Shown: positions 30,845 to 43,884, counted from the first letter of the stretch. The stretch: DNA of 64,000 nt from the human T2T-CHM13v2.0 reference genome, Homo sapiens (GCF_009914755.1 NC_060939.1), one strand, 5' to 3'. Notes: a model not told the origin generated them from the letters alone. Made by a program: numbers and translations.

Positions 30845-32421
30845 CCAAGTTTAAAATAAAGACTGATGGGCTTCTACTCCTATGTTCTCAAACTTAAAAT
30901 GTGAGATTTGACTATGTATATGTATCTATTTGCAGCTTATTTAATTTTTGTTTAAAGTTAGTACGCTTGCAGTACTGGAAGGCTGACTTCTCAAAATCAT
31001 GCCTTACTTAATCTAGTAAGGCTTTTAAACCATGGCTGCTATTTTAGTTCGTAGTGATGTTAATGTCATTTCAAATAGCTGGGAAATGTAGTGCATTCCA
31101 TTTTCAGTAATTTTTAGTACTGGAGCTAAATAGAAATATTAAAAGGAGCTGAAAAAGTAAAAGATTGAAGTAATGCATGATGGATATTAATGATTTGATA
31201 AATGTTATGATACAGTAGCCTAATTAATTTTTGATATAATAGTCCTAGACTATATTGGCTTGACGTTGCTATCAGCAATTCATTTCAATAAATATTCTGG
31301 GGGCCTATCTTGGGTACTGTCCAAGGCACAGGGGAGATACCAGTGAACAGACCGGGCTGTTGGTCTTTGTATGCTTATTCACTGTGCCGTGTTTCAAAAT
31401 TAACTATAGTATTGTAACTCCCCAAATTAGATTTTCTTTCTTTGTAGCGTTATCAGCTGGCCTTCGTTTATCTCCTCATTGATTGCTCATTCATTTGTGC
31501 CTCCTCCTTCCACCGTTCACTAGGTAGTAATGAACAAGTGTATTCCAAGCATTGTATCATGCGACGCACATGCATGTAACACACGCACAATACATAATTC
31601 ATGTATTATGTTTGCAGGCATTTTTTTTTTTTTTTTTTTTACTTCCATTGATCTGAAAAATGTGGAGGAGGGTCTGCCATCAGCCCTTCTTTTTGCTTTG
31701 GGCGGAGTGACTGGAGGGACATTATTCATTTCTTTTGGCGTCTGTTTCAAAGCTCCCAGGGAGGAGCCGGGCGGGTCAGCGGTGTCAGCACTGAGGCCAG
31801 CTGAGGGCCTGGCTGATGTGGAGTTCAGCTGCCCTGGCTGAGACAATGTTGGCTGCTTTAGTGCAGGTGCGGGGACGCAGCAAAGAATGGCAACTTTGTC
31901 AATTTAATCTCTACGCCTCCAGTTTCACTTGTAGCCCCATCGTGCCATCTTTTGAGCCAGTGATTCCAGAGATTTTATTTATTATGATTATATTTTCAAG
32001 TATAGGATTCTGTTGAATCAGCCATCTGGCTAAATGTTTGAAACTGATTTCTTTCACTTTTCACTGACTTGCTGCAGTTCCTAGGAGGGGGTGGGCTTCT
32101 CCCTAAGACTACTGACCCTGTTAGCTTGTGCTGGTAGATTTTACTTCTTGAATTTTTGCGAGTAGTATAGGAGTGACCTACCCACAATGAAAGAAAATAA
32201 AAATTACTCAAAGAGCCCATTTATATTCTACCACTAAAGGGAAAAAATCGTTCATTTACCCCAAATTCTTTCATATCTCCCTGTCTTCCATCTCCGAGCC
32301 CTTTAATCTCTGTGCAGGGAGACATTAGCCTGGGGAGTGGGGAAAGGATCTTTATTTAATGAAAGTCCCAGGCTTTTACATGTATTTTAAAATTCTGTCT
32401 TGTTTTCTTTTCCTTTTAAAG

Positions 32422-32564
32422 GCACAAGTGATCCTTATGTGAAATTTAAGCTGAATGGGAAGACGCTGTACAAAAGTAAAGTCATATATAAGAACTTGAA
32501 CCCAGTATGGGATGAGATAGTTGTATTGCCAATCCAAAGCCTTGATCAAAAGCTACGTGTGAAG
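32422..32564 (+). CDS. MCTP2: MCTP2 coding exon C ([48 protein letters not shown]), C2A, 143 nt, phase 1-0
   Basis: Acceptor ccttttaaag|GC and donor AAG|gtaatc. Contains the SDPYVK and LNPVWDE C2 motifs. Confidence 0.97.
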
Positions 32565-33330
32565 GTAATCACAGATAGCTTTCAAATCTGCTCCTTTATT
32601 AAAAACATTTCTCAGCAGTTTCTCATGTCCTCTTAGACGTGAACTTGCCAAAATTAATTCTTTTATTAGGACAGATTAAAAATAATAATATAGAAAAAAT
32701 TCCTTATACTGTTTGTTGAAACTGTATGTTTCTCTTCAATCAATGAGATACACTCCAGTGAAAATAATATCTACATTGATTGCATTTCAGTCTACCAAAT
32801 GTGGAAGAATTATTACTGGTACTGCAGTGGTGACAAGTACTAAAGCCTTTCTCATTAGGAATATCTTTATACTTAATAGAGCTTCAAGCTACCCCTTGTA
32901 AGCATCAATTGCTACAACATCTGGGTTAAAACTGCATGAGTTGAGTGCAGGATGAGATTGCTATAGAAAATTTAGCAAATTTCTATTTAATTGGCAGATC
33001 TGCTCACTGTGGAAAATACTAAATTTTAATGACAGACTATTTAAACTACAGAGAATGGTCCATTGTGCATAACATTTCAATGGATATAAATACTGCCTTA
33101 AAAGAAATTGTTGCTGTTATTTTGGTCATAGTAGGCAAAATGGGCAAGATTGAATAATTTTGTTCTCTGCATTGGCTTGACTAAATTTCTCTTTAACTAT
33201 ACTATGCAAAGTATTTCAAGATCTGAAAGACTGATTTCAGAATTTCCAACCTATTGCATTTGTTAATAATTTGAAAAACTCAGTTGGTTTACCATAATAA
33301 TGTGTTAATTGACCTCTGTCCTCTTTGTAG

Positions 33331-33407
33331 GTATATGATCGAGATTTAACCACATCTGATTTCATGGGTTCTGCATTTGTCATTCTCAGTGATCTTGAGC
33401 TTAACAG
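33331..33407 (+). CDS. MCTP2: MCTP2 coding exon D ([26 protein letters not shown]), C2A, 77 nt, phase 0-2
   Basis: Acceptor ctctttgtag|GTA and donor CAG|gtaccg. Contains the VYDxD...DFMG loop-3 motif. Not in the ORF track. Confidence 0.96.
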
Positions 33408-33944
33408 GTACCGTATTTTTACATTTTAATTGTTATTGATGAGTTTTAGAGGGAACTTACGATAATGTTAAATGGTGCTTGTTGAGGTCAAATGACAAAA
33501 ATAACATATCTGAACAAATGAAAGAGAGCTTTAAAGTGTTATAACTGTCAGTGTATTTTTAAGGATTTTTGCTTTCCAGGTGCCAAATATATTAGTCAGA
33601 TGTTAAGTATTTTATAATGCATTCTAAAGTGTGTATTGGATTTCATACTTTGATTTGTTAATATTCAGTTTCATTAACATAACTTAAAATTAAAACAAGT
33701 GTTTACATTTTATTTGAGTGGTAGGGGAGGGGGATCAGTTAACCAACTGTTGAATTAAACAATGCCAAACAGTTTCTCTACTCTGAATATAACTGTTTTA
33801 TTTTCACTAAATTTTGTGCTTTCTTAACATCATGTCTAATCCTTATTCAGAGGTAGGAGACTTTTACCATAAGCTCCTGATGCGTGTAGGTCAATACAGT
33901 CCTGTCAATAAGTGGTAGCATTATTTGTTGCTTTTTGCTTGTAG

Positions 33945-34056
33945 AACAACTGAACATATTTTAAAACTGGAAGATCCAAACAGTTTAGAAGATGACATGG
34001 GAGTGATCGTGTTAAATTTGAACCTAGTGGTAAAACAGGGTGATTTCAAGAGACAC
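33945..34056 (+). CDS. MCTP2: MCTP2 coding exon E ([37 protein letters not shown]), end of C2A, 112 nt, phase 2-0
   Basis: Acceptor tttttgcttgtag|A and donor CAC|gtaagt. Phase matches exon D. Confidence 0.96.
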
Positions 34057-35684
34057 GTAAGTGGGACCTTCTATTCTTTTGAAACCTCTCATTTTGTCGT
34101 TTTGAAATGGCTCATTGCAATTGTCCCTTGATAGCTAGCAGATGACTGATGTTTTTGCAATTATTTTAGGGGGGGTGCAACATTTTATGGAGTCTTAAAA
34201 TATCTGTTTTTTAATACAATGCTCTTCTTTGAGGAACCGGAAAGGAAATTTGTTAAGGAATTATTTCTTTTGTGTTATTAAGATGATCAGGCATACATTT
34301 GCAGCATTTTGGTTTCTTCTTTCTTCTTTTACTTTTAGCTACCAAGTTTTCCATTGGGAGTTCTTTTGGGAAGATACAAATTTTAATGTTCTCTAGTCTA
34401 GTACATGCAAATTTCTAGTTGATACAGTACCTATCAAAGATGTCTGTAACATCAGTGAAGCATTAGACTTTGTCACAATATGATTGGGACTCTTCTTTTG
34501 AGCAAAAATGTGGATACAAATCATAATCTTATTTTATTTGGGATTATATTTTATAATTCTAAGGCTATATTAGAACAAAAGCATCTTTGATGATGACTTA
34601 TTTGAAAAGTATTTTTAAAGCCAATTGAAGTACCTGCTTTTTAAGATGTGTTATAATTTAGCATGTTTATAATCCAATATAAAAATATAAAGCCTATTTA
34701 TAATTAGGTCTCCAGTAATGCTTCTTGAATTGAGGCAGTGGGGTGGGTGAGGAGAATATTTTTCTTTTGACATCACTTATGCTTCTAGTTGTAGCTTTTT
34801 ATGATGAAAACCGTGATTGATTTACTAGTAAACTCAGAGAAGATAGCTTAAAGCAGTAGGAAAACTGTAGTGTGACTTTTCAGTTACCTTTTCAAAGATT
34901 CAACTAAATATCTGCTATTTTTAACTTGAGTTCCTTTTATTACTTCTTTTTAAAAAGTGGCCCTGTTGACACTTGTGACCTCAATAAAAGAGATATTTTA
35001 ATGTTAAAATGTCTTAAATTAATGTTGAAAATAAAAGTATTTTTTCTCATCCCACCTAAAGAAGGAGGGATTTTCTTTAGCTTCTTCTTGATCTTGACAG
35101 CATTGCTGCTGCATCCGTGACTCTGGATTCAGTGTCAGTGATACAGTAGGTGACCGGTGACTTGAGCTGGGGGCTAGGTTATAGCATGCAATGTAAATAG
35201 TTATTTGTCACGTGGTTGACAACTTGCCAGCTGATATCGTCAAAAAATTTCTTATATATTCAAGTGGGGCTTGTAAAGGTAGTTGATTTCTCCATGAAAA
35301 TAGCTGCATATTCAAATGACTGCCTTTGTGAAGTTTTCTATAGCATATTAGATTATGTTTAGCAGTAATATTGGCACTTAAAAGATATTTAATATTGTCA
35401 AAATTTAGAGTTTTAACATAATGCCATTTTAGTTTCAATTTATTTCAAATTGCAGAACAGTTAATACTAGACTCAGCTTGGAGCTGTTTTTGTAAAAGAT
35501 CTCAAAGAGACTATGTTTTCAGGGCTCAAGAATAGCCATATTTCCTCTTAGTGTAGGCCTGGTTTCCTCTGACTCCCCACCTCCCATGTTGAAGACTTTG
35601 TCAGAATGTCTGTCCGCTCACTCATGTGCTTCCTTATTTTCTTTTGTCTTTGTCTGGCAGAAGCCTAGTGTACACTATATTGAT

Positions 35685-36205
35685 TATATATACACACACA
35701 AATATATTTTTATCCCCATATATACACACACACACACATATATATTTATATATACACAAATATATATTTGTCTCCATATATACGCATATTTATCTCCATA
35801 TATACACATATATTTATCTCCATATATATACACACATACATATATATCTCTATATATGCACATATATATTTATATATACACACACATATATATCTCCATA
35901 TATATACACACACATACATATATATTTATCTCCATATCCATATTTATTCAAGTTGGGTTTGTAAAGGTAGTTGATTTCTCCATGAAAATAGCTGCATATT
36001 CAAATAGCTATCTTTGTGAATTTTTATATCCATATTTATGTATATGGAGATATATATGTATGTGTGTGTATATATATATGGATACATGTATATATACACA
36101 TATATATGGATCCATATACATATATACACATATACACATATATGAATACCTATATATATATACATATGGAGATAAACATGTATATATATAACATATATAT
36201 ATATA
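35685..36205. repeat. TA/CA-rich minisatellite-like arrays split by an ~80-bp unique segment
   Basis: Units resemble tatttatctccatatatacacaca on the left and tatatggagata/tatatggatac on the right. Confidence 0.9.
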
Positions 36206-36779
36206 ATGGAAATATAGACAACTGCCTACTCTTATCTCTTCTGATTGGTAGTTTTTTTCCATTTATATATTTGATCAAAGAAAATTAATTGAGGAATAAT
36301 TTATTCTGGGCCATGTGTGGTTATTCAGCTAACAGTGCATATTGGGAGCCTTGGGGTAAAATAGATTATCAGAATCTTTGTTCTTTTCATTGAGTTTGAG
36401 TTAATATTTAAAGAGATTTTTATATTGGGATTTTAAGTGGGAATAACTAGCACTTGGGACTGGAAATCAGTAGATTATTTGGGTGAGATAATTTGTTTAT
36501 AAATTTCCATTTTAATTTAAACTCTGATGGAGAGATTTCAGTTTAAATTCTCAGTTTTTTACCCCTTTTTCTTCCAGTCATCTTTGAGGTAGCCTTTGTT
36601 GCTTTAGAACCAAGCTGACAAAAATCTCAGTATGTACAAAATGTTTATGAATTTACTCTTGTGTCCAGGGACTTAAATGTATATGAGAATGGTGCAGGCA
36701 GAAGGGAAGACACTGGCTGCAAGGCTGACAAACATACTCTGTGTTCTTTTTTTGTGGCAAAAAACAGGAAAAAAATAGT

Positions 36780-37000
36780 AGCTAAAATTAGGAGCTCTGT
36801 TCTCAGACTGCCTGGGTCTGAATCCTAGATCCACCAGTGGTCTGGTTAACTCAAAGAATTATTTAACCTCTCTAAGCTATAATTTCCTCATATGTGAAAC
36901 AAGGATAAAAAGAGTGTCTGTTTTATAGGGTTGTGAAGATTGAAATTATCAAATATGGTGCTTGGAATTGGGTAGAGACACTCAATATATGGTAGTTGGT
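36780..37000 (+). mobile_element. MIR
   Basis: tcagactgcctgggtctgaatcctag...atttaacctctctaagc...tttcctcatatgtgaaacaaggata. Confidence 0.65.
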
Positions 37001-38260
37001 AGCATTGTAGGAAGTGAATAGTAATAGTCATTTTCCATTAATTTATTTACATGCTTTATCTTGTGTAATTGTTAAAAAATATCAAATGCGTTCCTATGTG
37101 TCAAAAGGCCTAAATAGCCCTGTGTACCTAAAAGATGGTAATTAATTTTGGTGGTTGGTTTGGGTGAAAATATCTGTCACTATTTCAGGAAAATACAAAA
37201 AAAAAAAACAAAACCCTGATATTAATATCCAGGTTATAGTACCTATAACTCTGTCATAGGCTGAATGTTGAACTCCCAATATCACTGGGGGACATGTAAT
37301 TAATGAAGAATATTTTTCAGTCATTTCTGTACCAACATTTCTAGTTGCTGGTCAATGCAATGTAAGTGGATTTCCCCTGAAGATTATTAATTTTCTGGTT
37401 TCTAATGTATTGGGAAGACATATTGGCAAAGTGGATCGGTCATTTACCTAAAGGTATTTTTTTCTTAAGAAAAATAGTAAATGTGGTCTGCTCAATTAGG
37501 TTTATAATTGAGTTGTAACCTCCCAAATTTATCCAAGTTGTAACAACCAGTTAGCTTGTTAACCAGCCACAGTAGAGCTTTGCAGTACTGAATGGTGACA
37601 GGAGTGATGAGAGGGTTTTGCTTGGAGAGAATTTGTAGACCAAATTCAGCAGCCTTAGCATGACAGAGGAGAGATCAGAAGAGAACAGTGGTGAAGTTTC
37701 TTGCTATTTAGAAATTTTTTTCCTTTTCCTTAGATACTGCATTAGCACATTTTCTTAATTATGCAATAATTATTCATATTTTGTCTAGTGTTTTGAATAC
37801 TGAGATTTACTTGAAGTAAATGGAATTATTTTTTTCTAGCATCTAAAACTATGGAAACCTAAACATCAACTATCAGTGGTCATGAATTTCTTAAACATTT
37901 TTATAATATCTGAGTATTTCAAGCAGAAGAAACCTTTCTGCTTTTTTAGAGAGAATAATATGGTGTTTTAAGATAATTTTTAAAAATGTACTTCTAAAGA
38001 TTGAACAGTATTTTTATGTCATGGCTTTTTCATACTGAATACTTAGAGAAAATGATGTAACACAACCACATACATGTGACTCTTTGTTGTTGTTTCTATT
38101 TTCTTGCTCAAATATGCTTTCTCTATAACCTCAGAACTTGGATATTAATTATCTGAATGTAACCTGGACCATCTAACATAATATAATTACATTGATAATG
38201 ATTCTATCTTCCTCTGTTTTATTTTGCCATTTTCACCATTCCGCGGACACAAATCTTTAG

Positions 38261-38296
38261 CGTTGGTCAAATCGGAAGCGATTAAGTGCCAGCAAG
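38261..38296 (+). CDS. MCTP2: MCTP2 coding exon F (RWSNRKRLSASK), 36-nt symmetric small exon in the C2A-C2B linker
   Basis: Acceptor aaatctttag|CGT and donor AAG|gtaaat. Phase 0-0. The peptide matches the recalled MCTP2 linker. Confidence 0.9.
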
Positions 38297-41005
38297 GTAA
38301 ATATACTTTTTTTTCCTTTAGATCATTTGGTTAAAAACTTTGTCTTTGTAGCAAACAAAAATGACTGCATGATAGATATTACCCAATCTTTACATCAAAC
38401 AGAATTCTTTTCCTCTTACTGCTGTTACGAATAAGAAAACAACCTTCCTTTAAAAATTTTATTTAATAAGGGTATTGCCAGATGTTTGAGCTGACTCTTG
38501 TTTTAGTGGTGGCATTTTATATGTACCGGCCATGTTAGAGTGTTACACTTCATTAAGCTTGGATTATTTAGAGTTTAGCATGGTTAGATTTAGTCCCTTT
38601 AGGAAGTTATTTGCCATGAGATGGAAACTAGCATTGGTGTTGTAGGGGCAATGTAAGGGTTGAAAGAAACATGTGGTACACTTTTTAAGTCTCTTTAATA
38701 TCTTTTGAAAAAGCCATTTATAAATTTTTGGTAAAATTTCCTTTAAAGCTTTCTCATGAATTGCTGGTTATTTAGTTTTTACATTGATAGTATCTTTTTA
38801 AGCAATTATACATTTCTGTCTGATTTATAAAAGGCGCAAGAATGCATTATTAATTTATGAAGTTATTAAAGTAGCCAGTTGTAACATAAATGACTAAATG
38901 TGAAAATTAGTGTAAAAATAAACACAGCAAAAAAGTATTTGTAACTTAATTTATAAATTAAGGAGAAATTATACTTTGTAAGGAGAAATAACAACAAAAT
39001 AATTCCTACGAAATGATGCAGTATTTGAGACTGTTCCTTCAGTTTCTGAATTGTGGTGGTGGTGGTGTGTGTGATCGGAAGATGTACAGATGATCTCGGT
39101 GAATGCCTGTATTTGCACACCCACATATATGTGCACATAAATACGCCAGCTCTGATTTCTAATGTCACTGTACCTCAGTTACTTATTTCTCTACATAATA
39201 AGGAGCTTGAAACTGGGGCCACTGCCAGCTCAAAGACTGGAGTTTGGATGCGGATGAGAGACCGAGAGAGCGAAAGAGAGAAACAGAGAATTTTAAACTG
39301 ACTTTTACTAGTCACTTAAGAAGAAAGCAAACTTTCAAATCTTGCTTTTGAAAATACGAAGGAAACAGAGTTCTGACTCATACTTACTAAAAGATATACC
39401 CTTTGCATTATGAACACTTTAAAATAATTCTCATAAGGTGTCTTGTTACCGTATGAGTTCACTTGGTTCCCAAGACTCTGATTCTTTTTAGTAATAAAAT
39501 TAATATTCAAGAAATAATAACACGGAGCCATCTCAAAAATTCCTTCAACATTTGCCTTATTCCTTTATAGTCACTAGAGGGTAGAAGAACATCATTTCTC
39601 ACCACAGGACTAAGCCCAGCTCTCACTCTCCCATATTAAGAGTTTCTGTAACCACCCAAAGCAGTAAAGTTTCCCAGAATGCTTTGGGGAAGCCTGACAA
39701 AGCAGTATTTTCTCGTTTATTGATTCTGCTGCTGCACTAAAACACGGGTACTGTACATCAATAACCATCTTTAGTTAGGGAGCTTTGGTCTGTGGAAGAG
39801 CACTGGCAGTTTGTGGAAGAACATAAAGGCTAGAAAGAAAGATTGTGAGCCTGGGGAATATTGGAGTCTAGGGAGGACAGGAGAGGTTGTGGAAGAATGG
39901 CCAAACGAATGATGGGGAGTAGAAAAAATGTTGACGGCCTGGGTGAAGTTATCAAAAATATGAAGGAAACAGAAGATCCCGGAGAGCAGTATTTATATGT
40001 ATACTTCAGAGTTGTGTCTTAGAACTGAGCTGTTTGTCTTTTTTTTGCTTTTTTCCCATCATGGTAGTTTCTCGAATTTGACTTCAGTGCACTGGGCTCA
40101 GGGATATAATACGCGCCCATCCCGAGTATACATGTTTAATAAAATCCTAGATAAATAAAGTTTACTTTATTAATTTTTGAAAGCTACTTATGCTCTTATT
40201 CAAGGCACACAAGTTATATTTTGCTGGGAAATTTCAATTATGTTGACTTTTTGCTTCTGAGAATGTACAGTTTTAAAGAGAAAAGTCAGGTAGTGTCTAA
40301 TTTGGCTTATGGAAATTAGTCACATGGAGACTATAGACGCTTGATCAACAACCTGTAAAAGTAGTTAAAATACCCTGGTCGGCCTATTTTTTGGTATTTT
40401 TAAATTATCAGGTTCTATTTTAGGATTTCCACATTGTATTTAATATTATGTAATAATTTAACATAAAGAAGATTACTTAGCTCTGAGTATTAAAATTTTC
40501 ACTAGTCCTAAGGAATGTATTACCTAAAAATATCATTAGCTTTTTCACCTGAATCTTTTTCTTATAATAACTTTATTCAGATAATTGCTTCTTAATGCCA
40601 TAAATCTATAATTTTGCATCATCCAAAAGGTTCCTGAATGGCCTTTGTAGATTCTTTTTTTCAACTGTTTTCTTACTGTTCGGCCCTGGATTTCAATATA
40701 GTAAATACAATGAGATTGCCTTTAAAAATGGGCCTTCAAATAAGAATTGGGAATTTCATTTAATAGGGTTGAATTCGACACCTAGTTCTCTTTATGTATT
40801 TACTATATACAATCTTTGGTGTGACCAGATTTGTTTCCAAGCCTTATTTCCCGCTTTTCTAATTTGTATAACAATTCGAGAGCTAAAAAATATTAACAGT
40901 GGTTATTTACCTTACATCAAATAGTCTAATATAAAGACAAAAAAGCAATGATAAAAAATGGCTTTGACAAATTACTGATTGTGTTCAGAAACTGCACATA
41001 TTCTG

Positions 41006-41055
41006 TCTCTCTCTCTCACACACACACAGACATACACACACACACACACATACAC
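41006..41055. repeat. (TC)n(CA)n microsatellite
   Basis: Read directly from the sequence. Confidence 0.9.
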
Positions 41056-41456
41056 TCCCCACACCCCCTGCTATTATTTGGGTGTGTATAGGTGTTATGT
41101 CTGACTACAATGGCTATTTAGTTATGGATTATCTTTACTTTAGATGAATTTTTACCAAGATAAGTACATACTCTTACGTAGCCTCTCTTTTGACCCTCTG
41201 TTATATGTATTAATATGTCTGCTGTCTAAAGTAAGAAACATGACTTATACTAGTGTAATTTTTTTTTCTGTACGAAATTAATTGACTTCTAGTGCCAATT
41301 GTTGGCCTGTTTGGTTTTATATTCTTTTATTTTGGTTCCTCTCTGTTATTGCAAAGGCTGACCTCTGCAGGATACATTCTCTAGGCACTCCTATCAGCTG
41401 GCCTCCACCTGGCTACATACACTGAGAAGACAGTCATAGCATTTGGAGGGAATCAA

Positions 41457-42537
41457 TCTCCCTTCCCCTCTCCCTCTCCTCTCTCACTCTCCATCCCCCT
41501 TCTCTCTCTCCCTCTCCGTTCCCCCTTCCCTCTCCATCCCCTCTCCCTCTCCCCCTCCCCATCTTCCTCCCCCTCTCCCTCTCCATCACCCCCTCTCCAT
41601 CACCCTCCCTTCTCTCCCTCTCCATCCACCTCTTCCCCCTCCCCCTCTCCCTCTTCCCCCTCCCCCTCTTCCCACTGCCTCTCCATCCCATCACCCTCCA
41701 TCCCCCTCCCCCTCCCCCTGTCCCCTCTCCCTCTCTTCCCTTTCCCCTTTCCCCTTCCCCCTTCCCTCTCCCCTTCCCCTTTCCGCTCTCCCCCTCCCTC
41801 TCTCCCACTTTGCTCACTCCCCCCTCCCTCTCCCCCTTTCCCCTCTCCCCTTCCCCTCCCCCTCTTCCCCCTCCTCCTCATCCCCCTCCTTCTCCATCCC
41901 CCTCCCCATCCCCGCTCCCCTCTCCCTCTCTCCCCTTTATCCCCTCCCCCTCCCCTTCCCCCTTTCCCTCTTCCCCCTCCCCTTCTTCCCTCTCTCTCCT
42001 TCCCCCTCTCCCCATCCCCCTCCCCCTCTTCCCTCTCCCTCTCCATCCCCATCCCCCATCCCCTCTCCCTCTCCATCCCCATCCCCCATCGCCTATCCCT
42101 TCTCCCCCATTCCCCTCCCTCTCCATCCTCCTCCCCATCCCCTCTCCTCTCTCCCCCTCTTCCCCCCCTCTTCCCTCTCCCTTCCCCCTTCCCTTCTCCC
42201 CCTCTCCCCCCTTCCCCTCCCCCACTCTCCTCCCCCACTCCCCTCCCCATCTCCCCCTCCCCATCTCCCCCTCCTCCTCTTCCCCTCCCCCTCTCCCCCT
42301 CCCCACTCTGCCTCCCCATCTCCCCCTCCTCCTCTCCCCCTCCCCACTCTCCCTCCCCCTCTCCCCCTCTCCCCCCTTCTCCCCCACCCCTCCCCACTCT
42401 CCCTCCCCCTCTCCCCCTCTCCTCCCTTCTCCCCCACCCCTCCCCCTCCCCCTCTCCCCTTCCCCCTCTCCCCCTCCCCCCCTTCATTTCTCTCCTCTCC
42501 TTTCTCTCTCCTCTCTCTCTGTCTTCCTCTCTCTCTC
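41457..42537. repeat. ~1.1-kb C/T-rich low-complexity tract of (CCCCT/CCCTCT/CCCCAT)-like units
   Basis: Almost exclusively pyrimidine on the + strand. It produces the Pro/Ser/Leu and Gly/Arg/Glu pseudo-ORFs in the track. Confidence 0.97.
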
Positions 42538-43612
42538 AAATGAACTGCTCCGTGACCAGAGCCCAGGTGAGAACCAGGAGACGTTTTTTGATTGTTTGTA
42601 GTCATATATCTTTGGGTTGAAAAGGAGCTACTCAAAGATGCCACTTCTGTCATCTTCTAGGTGAATGCCCTCTCTCACTGTACCGCTTTCTCTAATTGAA
42701 CTCACATGTCTTATTTCTGTGTTGGCCCAGGAAGTAGTACAAGTAAAACCCTCTTGCAGGAGGAAATATGGTCCATTTGAGGACTTAAAGGAAGTGTGTT
42801 GTACCTGGAATTATTCCCAAATTAATACAGTTTTTTTTGTTTGTTGTACTGTTTTTTTGTTTTCATGCATTCTTCACTGAATTCAAATGCCCACTCCTAG
42901 TAACACCTGTTACCTTTTTATTTTCTTGGTTAAACTCAAAGGATTGGAGAACTGAATACTCAAAACAGCCACATTTATCTATGTGCTTATTGTACACCTA
43001 CCTCTATCTGCTTGTCTGTTTTCCATCTATGATCTAATTTAGCTCATCTATCTAATTTATCTACCCGTCTCTATCTGTCTTCTATCTCTATTTCATCTGT
43101 CAATCAATCAATCTAAATGTCACACTGCACTGACCCACTGCTGAATGTCGTAACCCTGATGCTTCTGATGCCTTATTATGAAGTCTAGGTCAGTATTAAC
43201 CTGGACAGAATGACTTCTAGAGGCTTTCCTCCTCCCTGGAAGCTGTAGCCTTGTTTAGGTGAAGCTATCAATTTATCAGAACTTTCAAAGCTTGTATGTA
43301 CTCCACACCAGAGGGACAGAGGGACTGTCTTCCTTAACATCTCATCAAATCTCTCCTCTCAGTGATGTTTGACTCAGTTTGCCCCAAAACCTCTCACTGA
43401 GCACATACACTTGCGGTAGAACCTGTCCTTGGATACAGGGTGAATTAGACTCAGTCATCAGAATTGATGAGCAGGTAAGAGAAATGAGAATTAGTGACGG
43501 AGGTATTCAAAGGGTGCAGTGAGACCATTATCCTGGCCTTTCAGGTGGGTGGAGTGGGTTGGACGCTGGTCTCTGTGTTGGGCTCAGGAAAGCCCTCAGA
43601 TAAAAAAAGACT

Positions 43613-43884
<272 letters not shown>

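Noticed and set aside
35586-36288. ORFs up to 201 aa rich in Tyr/Ile/His/Thr
   Set aside because: They are translations of TA/CA microsatellite arrays.
41434-42653. Long ORFs (366, 295, 263, 186, 169 and 127 aa) rich in Pro/Ser/Leu or Gly/Arg/Glu
   Set aside because: A C/T-only tract cannot contain stop codons in most frames on either strand. These are low-complexity artefacts, not extensin- or collagen-like genes.
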